From Escherichia phage GEP001, in the sequence record PV173775: a stretch of 64,000 nt of DNA. The stretch is one strand, 5' to 3'. The position numbers and the translations under genes were made by a program. The notes under the pieces were generated by a model. It was not told the origin of the DNA. It saw only the letters and a program-made list of their open reading frames with translations, and did not search any database. Of this stretch, positions 19,523 through 32,367 are shown piece by piece (position 1 is the first letter of the stretch; the number at the start of each line of letters is the position of its first letter).

Positions 19523-20701
19523 ATGTTTAAACGTAAATCTACTGCTGAACTCGCTGCACAAATGGCTAAACTGGCTGGAAATAAAGGTGGTTTTTCTTCT
19601 GAAGATAAAGGCGAGTGGAAACTGAAACTCGACAATGCGGGTAACGGTCAAGCAGTAATTCGTTTTCTTCCGTCTAAAAATGATGAACAAGCACCATTCG
19701 CAATTCTTGTAAATCACGGTTTCAAGAAAAATGGTAAATGGTATATTGAAAACTGTTCATCTACCCACGGTGATTACGATTCTTGTCCAGTATGTCAGTA
19801 CATCAGTAAAAATGATTTGTATAACACTGACAATAAAGAGTACGGTCTTGTTAAACGCAAAACTTCTTACTGGGCTAACATTCTTGTAGTAAAAGACCCA
19901 GCTGCTCCAGAAAATGAAGGTAAAGTATTTAAATACCGTTTCGGTAAGAAAATCTGGGATAAAATCAATGCAATGATTGCAGTTGATGTTGAAATGGGTG
20001 AAACTCCGGTTGATGTAACTTGTCCGTGGGAAGGTGCTAACTTTGTACTGAAAGTTAAACAAGTTTCTGGTTTTAGTAACTACGACGAATCTAAATTCCT
20101 GAATCAATCTGCGATTCCAAACATTGATGATGAATCTTTCCAGAAAGAACTGTTCGAACAAATGGTTGACCTTTCTGAAATGACTTCTAAAGATAAATTC
20201 AAATCGTTTGAAGAACTGAGCACTAAGTTCAGTCAAGTTATGGGAACTGCTGCTATGGGTGGTGCCGCAGCAACTGCCGCTAAGAAAGCTGATAAAGTTG
20301 CTGATGATTTGGATGCATTCAATGTTGATGACTTCAAAACAAAAACTGAAGATGATTTTATGAGCTCAAGTTCTGGCAGTTCATCTAGTGCTGATGACAC
20401 GGACCCCAAAGCATACTGTGGTACTATACAACTATCGGCAATACTGCTGATGATGATTAAAGAGGAAAATAACATGGCTAAAATTGATATTGATGTTGTT
20501 GATTTTGAATATATTGAAGAAATTATTCGTAATCGTTATCCTGAACTCCGTATCATAAGCGCACTAAATGATCCTAATTGCAATGTTTCAGTTGTTATTG
20601 AAGGTCCTTTAAATCGTCTTAAACAATTTATGATTAATGAATATTGTGACGGTATGGATGCTAAAGATGTAGAATTTTACACAGGATTTATTGAGCAGTA
20701 A
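19523..20701 (+). CDS. 32: ssDNA-binding protein gp32; ORF is 392 aa because residues after ADDTD read through a promoter cassette into the next gene (T4 gp32 is 301 aa)
   Basis: First 293 aa match recalled T4 gp32; canonical C-terminal LDDLLNDL and stop absent; frame continues through 20406-20473 into ATG at 20474. Confidence 0.85.
   Translation: MFKRKSTAELAAQMAKLAGNKGGFSSEDKGEWKLKLDNAGNGQAVIRFLPSKNDEQAPFAILVNHGFKKNGKWYIENCSSTHGDYDSCPVCQYISKNDLYNTDNKEYGLVKRKTSYWANILVVKDPAAPENEGKVFKYRFGKKIWDKINAMIAVDVEMGETPVDVTCPWEGANFVLKVKQVSGFSNYDESKFLNQSAIPNIDDESFQKELFEQMVDLSEMTSKDKFKSFEELSTKFSQVMGTAAMGGAAATAAKKADKVADDLDAFNVDDFKTKTEDDFMSSSSGSSSSADDTDPKAYCGTIQLSAILLMMIKEENNMAKIDIDVVDFEYIEEIIRNRYPELRIISALNDPNCNVSVVIEGPLNRLKQFMINEYCDGMDAKDVEFYTGFIEQ
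20406..20436 (+). promoter_or_regulatory. promoter-cassette 31-mer (ccaaagcatactgtggtactatacaactatc) embedded in the gene 32 reading frame
   Basis: Identical to 3839-3869. Confidence 0.45.
20474..20701 (+). CDS. hypothetical 75-aa protein (frd.3-like), in frame with and possibly also translated separately from gp32
   Basis: Own AAAGAGGAAAA ribosome site and ATG at 20474 inside the extended gene 32 frame. Confidence 0.5.
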   Translation: MAKIDIDVVDFEYIEEIIRNRYPELRIISALNDPNCNVSVVIEGPLNRLKQFMINEYCDGMDAKDVEFYTGFIEQ

Positions 20702-20745
20702 TTATCAAGGGGCTATCAAGCCCCTATTAAAATGAGGAAAAGAAA

Positions 20746-21111
20746 ATGTATATCGGTAAAAAGTATGAACTTGTTCCAAGACTTATTGATACATTTATTA
20801 ATTATCGTCCACGTTCTAATTCAGCAATAGTTAAAATTATTCAAGAAAATGGCGGATGGTTTGAAGTTAAAGAAGCTTTCTTTGTTGATGGATTTAGAGT
20901 AATAAAACACATTGAATGCGCAAATGGAAAGCATTTTTACTTTAACGTTTGCGAAGACGAATTTCATTGTTTTCGTGAGTATAAAGAACCGACTTTTGAA
21001 GAAGATGAAGTCGAAGACAAGGTTTCTGGCGTAACAAAAATTCACTGCATTGTAGATGAAAACAATGTAGACGAAATCATTGAACTTTTGCGAAAAACTT
21101 TCAAAAAGTAG
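20746..21111 (+). CDS. hypothetical early protein, 121 aa
   Basis: ORF with GAGGAAAA ribosome site. Confidence 0.7.
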   Translation: MYIGKKYELVPRLIDTFINYRPRSNSAIVKIIQENGGWFEVKEAFFVDGFRVIKHIECANGKHFYFNVCEDEFHCFREYKEPTFEEDEVEDKVSGVTKIHCIVDENNVDEIIELLRKTFKK

Positions 21112-21140
21112 TTTACAGTAGGGTAGTAGTGTGATACTAT
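21111..21140 (+). promoter_or_regulatory. early promoter (GTTTAC / TGaTACTAT)
   Basis: Consensus match; leader nearly identical to that at 768-790. Confidence 0.6.
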
Positions 21141-21165
21141 TACCCTATCAACTAAGGAGAATAAA

Positions 21166-21408
21166 ATGAGATTACAACGCCAGAGCATCAAAGATTCGGA
21201 AGTTAGAGGTAAATGGTATTTTAATATCATCGGTAAAGATTCTGAACTTGTTGAAAAAGCTGAACAACTTTTACGTGATATGGGATGGGAAGATGAATGC
21301 GATGGATGCCCTCTTTATGAGGATGGAGAAAGCGCAGGATTCTGGATTTACCATTCTGACGTCAATCAGTTTAAAGCTGATTGGAAAATTGTGAAAAAGT
21401 CTGTTTGA
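21166..21408 (+). CDS. hypothetical early protein, 80 aa
   Basis: ORF preceded by early promoter 21111-21140 and AAGGAG. Confidence 0.7.
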   Translation: MRLQRQSIKDSEVRGKWYFNIIGKDSELVEKAEQLLRDMGWEDECDGCPLYEDGESAGFWIYHSDVNQFKADWKIVKKSV

Positions 21409-21418
21409 GGAAAATATT

Positions 21419-21754
21419 ATGTCTGACATTCACGTAACTGGAATTGCCCAAGTAAATATCCGCTGCCAATTTAAAACTGTACCTGGGGTGACTCATATTA
21501 CTTTATCACACGACCCATATTCTCGTGGAAGACAGTTAACTGGCGTAATTAAGTTTTTTGGTGGAATTGGCGGAAACGAATTTACTATAGGCGATGACGA
21601 AATTGTTGGCTGTAAATTAAAAGTTCAGAAGGGCGTGTTAGAACTTTTTAGTGATGAAGTTTTTGATGAAATTTCACAAGCAGTTAATAAAGGAATGTTA
21701 ACGTTAATTAAAATGATTAAAGCTAGTGGATATGTTCCCGATCCTTTATATTAG
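21419..21754 (+). CDS. hypothetical protein, 111 aa
   Basis: ORF with GAGG site. Confidence 0.7.
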   Translation: MSDIHVTGIAQVNIRCQFKTVPGVTHITLSHDPYSRGRQLTGVIKFFGGIGGNEFTIGDDEIVGCKLKVQKGVLELFSDEVFDEISQAVNKGMLTLIKMIKASGYVPDPLY

Positions 21755-21762
21755 GAGATAAT

Positions 21763-22005
21763 ATGATTTTTGTTTTTGAATTTATGAATGATGAATTTGA
21801 TTATGCAATTTTTAACGCATTGCATAATCCTGATTTAAATGAATTTAATGAAATGTTTTCTGACGCTTTGAGTATGTCAGAAGAATACTGTGGAGAATGT
21901 CAACGTGTTTGCGTGACAGTCTTTGAAAACAAAGAAAAGACATATGAAGAATTATTCTTTGATGCTAATAAAGCCACTGAATGGTTTATTGAAAGGGGGT
22001 TTTGA
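21763..22005 (+). CDS. hypothetical protein, 80 aa
   Basis: ORF with GGAG site, directly upstream of frd. Confidence 0.65.
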   Translation: MIFVFEFMNDEFDYAIFNALHNPDLNEFNEMFSDALSMSEEYCGECQRVCVTVFENKEKTYEELFFDANKATEWFIERGF

Positions 22006-22593
<588 letters not shown>

Positions 22594-22601
22594 AATAACA
22601 C

Positions 22602-22961
22602 GTGGCGGAAAATATGAATTTTAATTACTACCCTATTCTATTAGAAAAAGACGCGAAACAACCAAAATGGCAGGGTCCTCAGTTTATTAAAGGTGTCTAT
22701 CAATTAGTAGTTCCTAAAGACAAAATTTATAGCAGTTGTTTCACTGAATCCGCTTGTAGTATTTTTGGTAATAATTCTCCGTATTGGAATTTTGATATAA
22801 AGCTTGACAGAAATATCGATATTTGGTTGAAAGCTATGGATATCGGCAATATCACGTTTGATGAGAATAATTATCATATTATTGGTCGCTTTTCCAAGCG
22901 TGGTAAAGAATTGTATTTTACGCCTGAAATTGAAAGAAAATTTGATGCTAAACCGTATTGA
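22602..22961 (+). CDS. hypothetical protein, 119 aa, inserted between frd and td
   Basis: Complete ORF 8 nt after frd stop; no recognisable motifs. Confidence 0.7.
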   Translation: MAENMNFNYYPILLEKDAKQPKWQGPQFIKGVYQLVVPKDKIYSSCFTESACSIFGNNSPYWNFDIKLDRNIDIWLKAMDIGNITFDENNYHIIGRFSKRGKELYFTPEIERKFDAKPY

Positions 22962-23006
22962 TTATTTAGCTTCATAAAATGTATTATAATTTATATAAGG
23001 TACTAA

Positions 23007-23867
23007 ATGAAACAATACCAAGATTTAATTAAAGACATTTTTGAAAATGGCTATGAAACCGATGACCGAACAGGCACAGGAACAATTGCTTTGTTCGGTA
23101 CTAAATCACGCTGGGATTTAACTAAAGGTTTTCCTGCAGTAACGACTAAGAAACTCGCTTGGAAAGCTTGCATCGCTGAGCTAATATGGTTTTTATCAGG
23201 AAGCACAAATGTCAATGATTTGCGTTTAATTCAGCATGATTCATTAATTCAAGGCAAAACAGTCTGGGATGAAAATTACGAAAATCAAGCAAAAGATTTA
23301 GGATATCATAGTGGTGAACTTGGTCCAATTTATGGAAAACAGTGGCGTGATTTTGGCGGTGTAGACCAAATTGTAGAAGTTGTTGATCGTATTAAAAAAC
23401 TGCCAAATGATAGACGTCAAATTGTTTCAGCATGGAATCCAGCTGAACTTAAATATATGGCATTACCGCCTTGTCATATGTTCTATCAGTTTAATGTGCG
23501 TAATGGCTATTTGGATTTGCAGTGGTATCAAAGAAGTGTTGACGTGTTCTTGGGCTTGCCATTCAACATTGCATCATATGCTGCATTAGTTCATATTGTA
23601 GCTAAGATGTGTAATCTTATTCCAGGAGATTTGATATTTTCTGGTGGTAATACTCATATCTATATGAATCACGTGGAACAATGTAAAGAAATTTTACGTC
23701 GTGAACCTAAAGAGCTTTGTGAACTGGTAATAGGCGGATTGCCTTATAAATTCCGCTATCTTTCTACTAAAGAACAATTGGAATACATTCTTAAACTCAG
23801 GCCTAAAGATTTCGTTCTTAAAGGTTACGAATCACACCCTCCTATTAAAGGAAAAATGGCGGTGTAA
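23007..23867 (+). CDS. td: thymidylate synthase (286 aa), uninterrupted (no group I intron)
   Basis: Continuous 286-aa ORF with thymidylate synthase motifs (PPCH active-site region). Confidence 0.95.
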   Translation: MKQYQDLIKDIFENGYETDDRTGTGTIALFGTKSRWDLTKGFPAVTTKKLAWKACIAELIWFLSGSTNVNDLRLIQHDSLIQGKTVWDENYENQAKDLGYHSGELGPIYGKQWRDFGGVDQIVEVVDRIKKLPNDRRQIVSAWNPAELKYMALPPCHMFYQFNVRNGYLDLQWYQRSVDVFLGLPFNIASYAALVHIVAKMCNLIPGDLIFSGGNTHIYMNHVEQCKEILRREPKELCELVIGGLPYKFRYLSTKEQLEYILKLRPKDFVLKGYESHPPIKGKMAV

Positions 23868-23890
23868 TTAATTATTAATTGTGAGGATAT

Positions 23891-24154
23891 ATGATTTTAC
23901 GATTTAAAGATACTTCTGGTGTAGTTCTTTTTACACTTCCTAACCCAAGCGAATTAGAAGTTCCAGGACCAAATCAGCCTATTATCATTTACGGCAAAAA
24001 ATATTATACTCATAAAATGACTCGTGAGTATTTTGATAATAAAATTTCTACAGTTAAAACTTCTTCAGATTGTTACTATGATATTACTGTTTTAACGGAA
24101 AAACAATATGACGAATTATTACCGCGCGGGCCGTCTATGCCAAGTAGTGAATAA
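23891..24154 (+). CDS. hypothetical protein, 87 aa
   Basis: ORF with GAGG site; overlaps next ORF by 47 nt. Confidence 0.55.
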   Translation: MILRFKDTSGVVLFTLPNPSELEVPGPNQPIIIYGKKYYTHKMTREYFDNKISTVKTSSDCYYDITVLTEKQYDELLPRGPSMPSSE

Positions 24155-24434
24155 ATATAAATCCGACTTTGATGTTAATATTCACCGTGGTACATTTTGG
24201 GGAAATTACGTCGGTAAAGATGCTGGCAGCCGGGAGGCTGCCATTGAATTATTCAAAAAAGATTTTATACGTCGAATTAAATCCGGAGAAATAACTAAAG
24301 CACATTTAGAGCCTTTACGTGGAATGAGGCTAGGATGCACATGTAAACCAAAGCCGTGTCATGGTGATATAATAGCTCATATAGTTAACCGATTGTTTAA
24401 AGACGATTTTCAAGTTGAGGACTTATGCAATTAA
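24108..24434 (+). CDS. hypothetical protein, 108 aa, DUF4326-like (WGN...CxC...CHGD pattern)
   Basis: Motif pattern recalled for DUF4326 family; not verified by search. Confidence 0.55.
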   Translation: MTNYYRAGRLCQVVNKYKSDFDVNIHRGTFWGNYVGKDAGSREAAIELFKKDFIRRIKSGEITKAHLEPLRGMRLGCTCKPKPCHGDIIAHIVNRLFKDDFQVEDLCN

Positions 24435-26689
24435 TTAATGTTATCAAAAGTAGTGGTGTTTCTCAAAGCTTTGACCCGCAAAAAATTATTAAAGTTTTAT
24501 CTTGGGCAGCTGAAGGAACATCTGTAGATCCTTATGAATTATATGAAAATATTAAATCATATCTCCGTGATGGAATGACCACTGATGACATTCAAACCAT
24601 TGTAATTAAGGCTGCTGCGAATTCTATTTCAGTTGAAGAGCCTGATTACCAATATGTAGCTGCACGCTGTTTAATGTTTGCTCTTCGTAAGCATGTTTAC
24701 GGGCAATATGAACCACGTTCATTTATTGACCATATTTCTTACTGTGTAAATGAAGGTAAATATGACCCTGAATTGTTGTCAAAATATTCAGCAGAAGAAA
24801 TTACATTTTTAGAATCAAAAATTAAGCATGAGCGGGATATGGAATTTACTTATTCCGGAGCGATGCAATTAAAAGAAAAATATCTAGTTAAAGATAAAAC
24901 CACTGGTCAAATTTATGAAACTCCACAGTTTGCATTTATGACTATTGGAATGGCATTGCATCAAGATGAACCTGTTGACAGATTAAAACACGTTATCCGT
25001 TTTTATGAAGCAGTATCCACTCGACAGATTTCATTGCCAACTCCTATTATGGCTGGATGTCGTACTCCAACTCGGCAATTTAGTTCATGTGTTGTTATTG
25101 AGGCAGGTGATTCGCTGAAGTCTATCAATAAGGCTTCTGCTTCAATTGTTGAATATATCTCCAAACGAGCTGGAATCGGCATTAACGTTGGTATGATTCG
25201 TGCCGAAGGTTCTAAGATTGGCACAGGTGAAGTACGCCATACTGGTGTTATTCCTTTTTGGAAACATTTTCAGACTGCTGTTAAATCATGTTCACAGGGC
25301 GGAATTCGTGGCGGCGCTGCTACTGCTTATTATCCTATTTGGCATTTGGAAGTTGAAAATCTTCTCGTTTTGAAAAATAACAAAGGTGTAGAAGAAAACC
25401 GTATCCGTCATATGGATTATGGCGTCCAGCTGAATAACCTAATGATGGAACGTTTTGGAAAGAACGACTACATTACTTTGTTCAGTCCGCATGAAATGGG
25501 TGGCGAGCTTTATTATTCTTATTTTAAAGACCAAAACCGTTTCCGCGAATTATACGAAGCAGCAGAAAAAGACCCTAATATTCGCAAAAAGCGTATTAAA
25601 GCCCGTGAACTATTTGAATTACTCATGACTGAACGATCAGGAACAGCAAGGATTTATGTGCAGTTCATTGATAATACGAATAATTATACTCCGTTTATTC
25701 GTGAAAAGGCACCTATTCGTCAGAGTAACTTGTGTTGTGAAATTGCTATTCCAACAAATGATGTGAATAGTCCTGATGCCGAAATTGGATTGTGTACGTT
25801 ATCTGCATTTGTGTTGGATAACTTCGATTGGCAAGACCAAGATAAAATTAATGAATTAGCAGAAGTTCAAGTTCGCGCTCTTGATAATCTTTTGGATTAC
25901 CAAGGATATCCAGTTCCTGAAGCAGAAAAAGCTAAAAAGCGTCGAAATCTTGGTGTAGGTGTTACCAACTATGCAGCTTGGCTGGCAAGTAACTTTGCTT
26001 CTTATGAAGATGCTAACGATTTAACACATGAACTATTTGAGAGATTACAGTATGGACTCATTAAAGCATCCATTAAGCTCGCCAAAGAAAAAGGACCTTG
26101 CGAATATTATTCAGACACTCGTTGGTCTCGAGGCGAATTACCTATCGACTGGTACAATAAAAAGATTGACCAAATCGCAGCTCCAAAATACGTTTGTGAC
26201 TGGTCGTCGCTGCGGGAAGACCTTAAGCTCTTTGGCATCCGTAATAGCACATTATCAGCACTTATGCCATGTGAGTCATCTTCCCAAGTTTCTAACAGTA
26301 CAAACGGTATCGAGCCTCCACGTGGACCAGTCTCTGTTAAAGAGTCAAAAGAGGGCTCCTTTAATCAAGTCGTGCCCAATATTGAGCATAACATAGACCT
26401 ATATGATTATACATGGAAATTAGCTAAGAAAGGTAATAAACCTTATCTTACGCAGGTAGCTATTATGCTTAAATGGGTATGTCAATCAGCTTCAGCGAAT
26501 ACATATTATGACCCGCAGATTTTTCCAAAAGGAAAGGTTCCAATGTCTGTAATGATTGATGACCTTTTGTACTTTTGGTATTTTGGCGGAAAAAATTTCT
26601 ATTATCATAATACCCGCGACGGTTCTGGTACTGATGATTATGAAATAGAAACTCCAAAAGCTGAAGATTGTTCATCCTGTAAATTATGA
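24425..26689 (+). CDS. nrdA: aerobic ribonucleotide reductase large subunit (754 aa)
   Basis: Size identical to T4 NrdA; class I RNR motifs. Confidence 0.95.
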   Translation: MQLINVIKSSGVSQSFDPQKIIKVLSWAAEGTSVDPYELYENIKSYLRDGMTTDDIQTIVIKAAANSISVEEPDYQYVAARCLMFALRKHVYGQYEPRSFIDHISYCVNEGKYDPELLSKYSAEEITFLESKIKHERDMEFTYSGAMQLKEKYLVKDKTTGQIYETPQFAFMTIGMALHQDEPVDRLKHVIRFYEAVSTRQISLPTPIMAGCRTPTRQFSSCVVIEAGDSLKSINKASASIVEYISKRAGIGINVGMIRAEGSKIGTGEVRHTGVIPFWKHFQTAVKSCSQGGIRGGAATAYYPIWHLEVENLLVLKNNKGVEENRIRHMDYGVQLNNLMMERFGKNDYITLFSPHEMGGELYYSYFKDQNRFRELYEAAEKDPNIRKKRIKARELFELLMTERSGTARIYVQFIDNTNNYTPFIREKAPIRQSNLCCEIAIPTNDVNSPDAEIGLCTLSAFVLDNFDWQDQDKINELAEVQVRALDNLLDYQGYPVPEAEKAKKRRNLGVGVTNYAAWLASNFASYEDANDLTHELFERLQYGLIKASIKLAKEKGPCEYYSDTRWSRGELPIDWYNKKIDQIAAPKYVCDWSSLREDLKLFGIRNSTLSALMPCESSSQVSNSTNGIEPPRGPVSVKESKEGSFNQVVPNIEHNIDLYDYTWKLAKKGNKPYLTQVAIMLKWVCQSASANTYYDPQIFPKGKVPMSVMIDDLLYFWYFGGKNFYYHNTRDGSGTDDYEIETPKAEDCSSCKL

Positions 26690-26740
26690 TATAATTTGAC
26701 TCACGGACGAGTCACTATCTATTAACTAAGCGGAAAATTT

Positions 26741-27919
26741 ATGAGCACAGTTTTTAATACAAATCCAGTTGATGTTTTAAAAGAACCTATGTTCTTCGGT
26801 TCAGGTCTTGGTATTGCGCGTTATGATATTCAACGTCATAAAGTTTTTGAAGATTTAACCGAAAAGCAGTTGTCATTTTTCTGGCGTCCTGAAGAAGTAA
26901 ACTTAATGATGGATGCTGCACAATTTAACAAGCTTCCTCAATATCAGCAAGATATTTTTACTAATAATCTGAAGTATCAATCACTTCTAGATAGCATTCA
27001 GGGTCGTGCGCCATCTGCTGTACTTATGTCATTAATTTCAGACCCAAGTCTTGATACATGGGTTGCTACATGGACTTTTAGTGAAACTATTCACAGTCGT
27101 TCATATACTCATATCATGCGAAATCTTTATACTGATCCATCGAAGGTATTTGATGAGATTGTACTAGATGAAGCTATCATGAAACGTGCTGAATCTATCG
27201 GTCGCTATTATGATGATGTTCTGACTAAAACCCGTGAATGGGAAAATGCTAAAGAATTTACAGAACTAGCTAAAGAATCTCCTGATGCTGTTTTTCGTTT
27301 AAATCGAGCTATTAAACAAGAAGCCGAAGCTAAACGAGCACTAATGAAATCTCTTTACCTCTGTTTGCACGTTATTAATGCCTTAGAAGCTATTCGTTTT
27401 TATGTATCTTTTGCATGTACCTTTAACTTCCATAAGAACATGGAAATCATGGAAGGTAATGCCAAGATTATGAAGTTCATTGCACGTGATGAGCAGCTTC
27501 ACCTTAAAGGCACCCAATATATTATTCGTCAACTTCAATCCGGTACTGATGGCGATGAATGGGTTAAAATTGCTCAAGAGTGTGAACAAGAAGCAGTTGA
27601 TATTTTCATGGAAGTTAACCGCCAAGAAAAAGATTGGGCAGTTCATTTATTTAAAGATGGCGATGTTCCTGGATTAAATACAAATAGCATGTGGAGCTTT
27701 ATTGATTACTTAACTGTATCTCGTATGAAACAGTGTGGTCTTCCATGCCCAATTACCGATGCTCCGGTTAAACATCCATATCCTTGGATTCGTGAATACC
27801 TTAATTCTGATAATGTTCAATCCGCGCCACAAGAAGTAGAACTGTCATCTTACCTTGTTGCACAGATTGATAATGATGTTGATGATAAAGTTATGATGAG
27901 TTTTAAAAAATACTTTTAA
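26741..27919 (+). CDS. nrdB: aerobic ribonucleotide reductase small subunit (392 aa), uninterrupted (no intron)
   Basis: Continuous ORF with R2 di-iron motifs; adjacent to nrdA. Confidence 0.95.
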   Translation: MSTVFNTNPVDVLKEPMFFGSGLGIARYDIQRHKVFEDLTEKQLSFFWRPEEVNLMMDAAQFNKLPQYQQDIFTNNLKYQSLLDSIQGRAPSAVLMSLISDPSLDTWVATWTFSETIHSRSYTHIMRNLYTDPSKVFDEIVLDEAIMKRAESIGRYYDDVLTKTREWENAKEFTELAKESPDAVFRLNRAIKQEAEAKRALMKSLYLCLHVINALEAIRFYVSFACTFNFHKNMEIMEGNAKIMKFIARDEQLHLKGTQYIIRQLQSGTDGDEWVKIAQECEQEAVDIFMEVNRQEKDWAVHLFKDGDVPGLNTNSMWSFIDYLTVSRMKQCGLPCPITDAPVKHPYPWIREYLNSDNVQSAPQEVELSSYLVAQIDNDVDDKVMMSFKKYF

Positions 27920-27924
27920 GGAGT

Positions 27925-27946
27925 GGGCCGCAAGGCCCATTTTATT
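27925..27946 (+). terminator. stem-loop after nrdB (gggcc-gcaa-ggccc plus T-rich)
   Basis: GNRA-type loop hairpin followed by attttatt. Confidence 0.5.
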
Positions 27947-29534
<1,588 letters not shown>

Positions 29535-29537
29535 GCT

Positions 29538-29591
29538 GTTTACAAGTCCCTCGTGTTGTGTTATAGTAGACTTACTGACATAACATGAGGA
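29538..29591 (+). promoter_or_regulatory. early promoter cassette upstream of alc (GTTTAC / TATAGT) with conserved leader
   Basis: Near-identical to 45212-45265. Confidence 0.6.
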
Positions 29592-29595
29592 CTTT

Positions 29596-30102
29596 ATGAT
29601 GGATTTACAGCTTATTACTACTGAAATGGTCGTTGAAGCATACGGTGATACTACAGATGGGATTTCTGTATTTAAAGGAAATCGTCGAGTTGGATATATC
29701 ACCGATCTTAAGAAAGATTTAGCTAAGCAAGTCAAGCGGAAAACGACCATCAAAGAATATCGAAATCGTCGTCTTGAGCAAGCCCGTGATATGCTTCCTG
29801 ACGCAGTTGAGGAGATGAAAGTCTTTTTAGAAAATCAGCTTGCGAAATATGATTGTGATGTGTTCATTAATCAGACTCAACCTAATGTTCATATTAACAA
29901 CTGTAAATGCTACATCATCGTTAATCCTTTGACGGGAAAACATCGTCTTGGAATTAGTAATCCAAATCGTAGTGCATCAGATATGGCAGAAGATGTTGAG
30001 GCATGCTTTAAAATTTCTAAATCTCCGGCTGAACATCATATTTTAATTAACGGTCTTTCTCAAGACGATATTGTAGAGGTTATTAAAACTTTATGCATGT
30101 AA
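29596..30102 (+). CDS. alc: Alc, inhibitor of host transcription on cytosine DNA (168 aa)
   Basis: Size and position between rnlA and pseT cluster; sequence consistent with recalled Alc. Confidence 0.85.
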   Translation: MMDLQLITTEMVVEAYGDTTDGISVFKGNRRVGYITDLKKDLAKQVKRKTTIKEYRNRRLEQARDMLPDAVEEMKVFLENQLAKYDCDVFINQTQPNVHINNCKCYIIVNPLTGKHRLGISNPNRSASDMAEDVEACFKISKSPAEHHILINGLSQDDIVEVIKTLCM

Positions 30103-30446
30103 GTAATTTTACAGCTGGATTGCTATTACTTGTAATAGCATTTGGCGGAACATCTATTATTTTAAAAAATAAGGTAGAAAGATTAGAAACATCGGTTACT
30201 GAAATTACAAAAACGGCCAATGAAAACGCTTTAGCATTAGATAATTTGCGAATTCAGTATAATTATATTGATGCGATGAATAATAAAAATCGTGAGGCAA
30301 TTGCTGCTATTGAGCGTGAAAATGAAAAACTGCGCAAAGATGCAAAGAAGGCGGATGTGGTGGCTCATAAGCCAGGATTGGTTGAAAAACAAATCAACAA
30401 CTCCTTCAACAAGTTCGCAGAAGACATCCAGGACCTTTCTAAATGA
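30093..30446 (+). CDS. inner-membrane spanin (pseT.3-like), 117 aa
   Basis: N-terminal TM helix followed by coiled-coil-like region; position as T4 pseT.3. Confidence 0.7.
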   Translation: MHVSNFTAGLLLLVIAFGGTSIILKNKVERLETSVTEITKTANENALALDNLRIQYNYIDAMNNKNREAIAAIERENEKLRKDAKKADVVAHKPGLVEKQINNSFNKFAEDIQDLSK

Positions 30447-30742
30447 TTAAACTATCAGCAGTAATATTATCTATTGGTCTTCTAGTTGGTTGTTCGACAA
30501 AGCCTCTAGAAGTAAAGAAAGAAACAGTTCATCCTAATTGGCCTGTGCAAATAAAGTCATATGATGAAGCTAAACTATCCTGGCAAGTTAAAGTTATTGA
30601 TGGTAAAGCTTGGGTTGGTATGCCATTCGAAGATTCCCAGGAATTTCGTATTTGGCTTAATGATGTAAAACGATATGTACATGATCAGAAAACTATGATA
30701 TGTTATTATCGTCAAGAGCTAAAAGAGGATAAATGCAAATGA
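30443..30742 (+). CDS. outer-membrane lipoprotein spanin (pseT.2-like), 99 aa
   Basis: Signal peptide with lipobox LVGC; overlaps i-spanin gene end. Confidence 0.75.
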   Translation: MIKLSAVILSIGLLVGCSTKPLEVKKETVHPNWPVQIKSYDEAKLSWQVKVIDGKAWVGMPFEDSQEFRIWLNDVKRYVHDQKTMICYYRQELKEDKCK

Positions 30743-30965
30743 TTTCATGGCATCAATTTGAACATCTCAAAGGATTGATTTATGAATCCGAAATGGCTGC
30801 AATGATTTATGGACGCCAGATTCAACGATTAGAATCTTTACCTCCAACTAATGATGTTTTATTAGCTCAATCTCGGGCTAATCTTAAAAATGAATACCAA
30901 AATAAGTGGGGTAAAGCATCTAAAGACCTGCATGATTATATTCAATCATTGGTTGAGAAAAATAA

Positions 30966-30969
<4 letters not shown>
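30733..30969 (+). CDS. hypothetical protein, 78 aa
   Basis: ORF in pseT upstream cluster. Confidence 0.6.
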
Positions 30970-32169
<1,200 letters not shown>

Positions 32170-32170
<1 letters not shown>

Positions 32171-32367
32171 TGGCTTGGCATCATGAAACTTGGGCTATTG
32201 TTATTGTAAATAGCGATTTAGTTGGTACTAGTAATGGGCAATTTTGCGTATTCACTAGTGAAATTAGGGCTTGGGAGGAATGTCTTAAATTAAGAGAAAA
32301 GAATCCTGATGTTGAACTAACAGTAAAGAAAACTAAACTGCCTTTACCATGGAAAACTTATGAATAA
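32170..32367 (+). CDS. hypothetical protein, 65 aa
   Basis: ORF, ATGG overlap with pseT stop. Confidence 0.55.

Noticed and set aside
23007-23867. Possible group I intron in td (and in nrdB 26741-27919)
   Set aside because: Both genes are continuous full-length ORFs with no structured insertion, so no intron is present.
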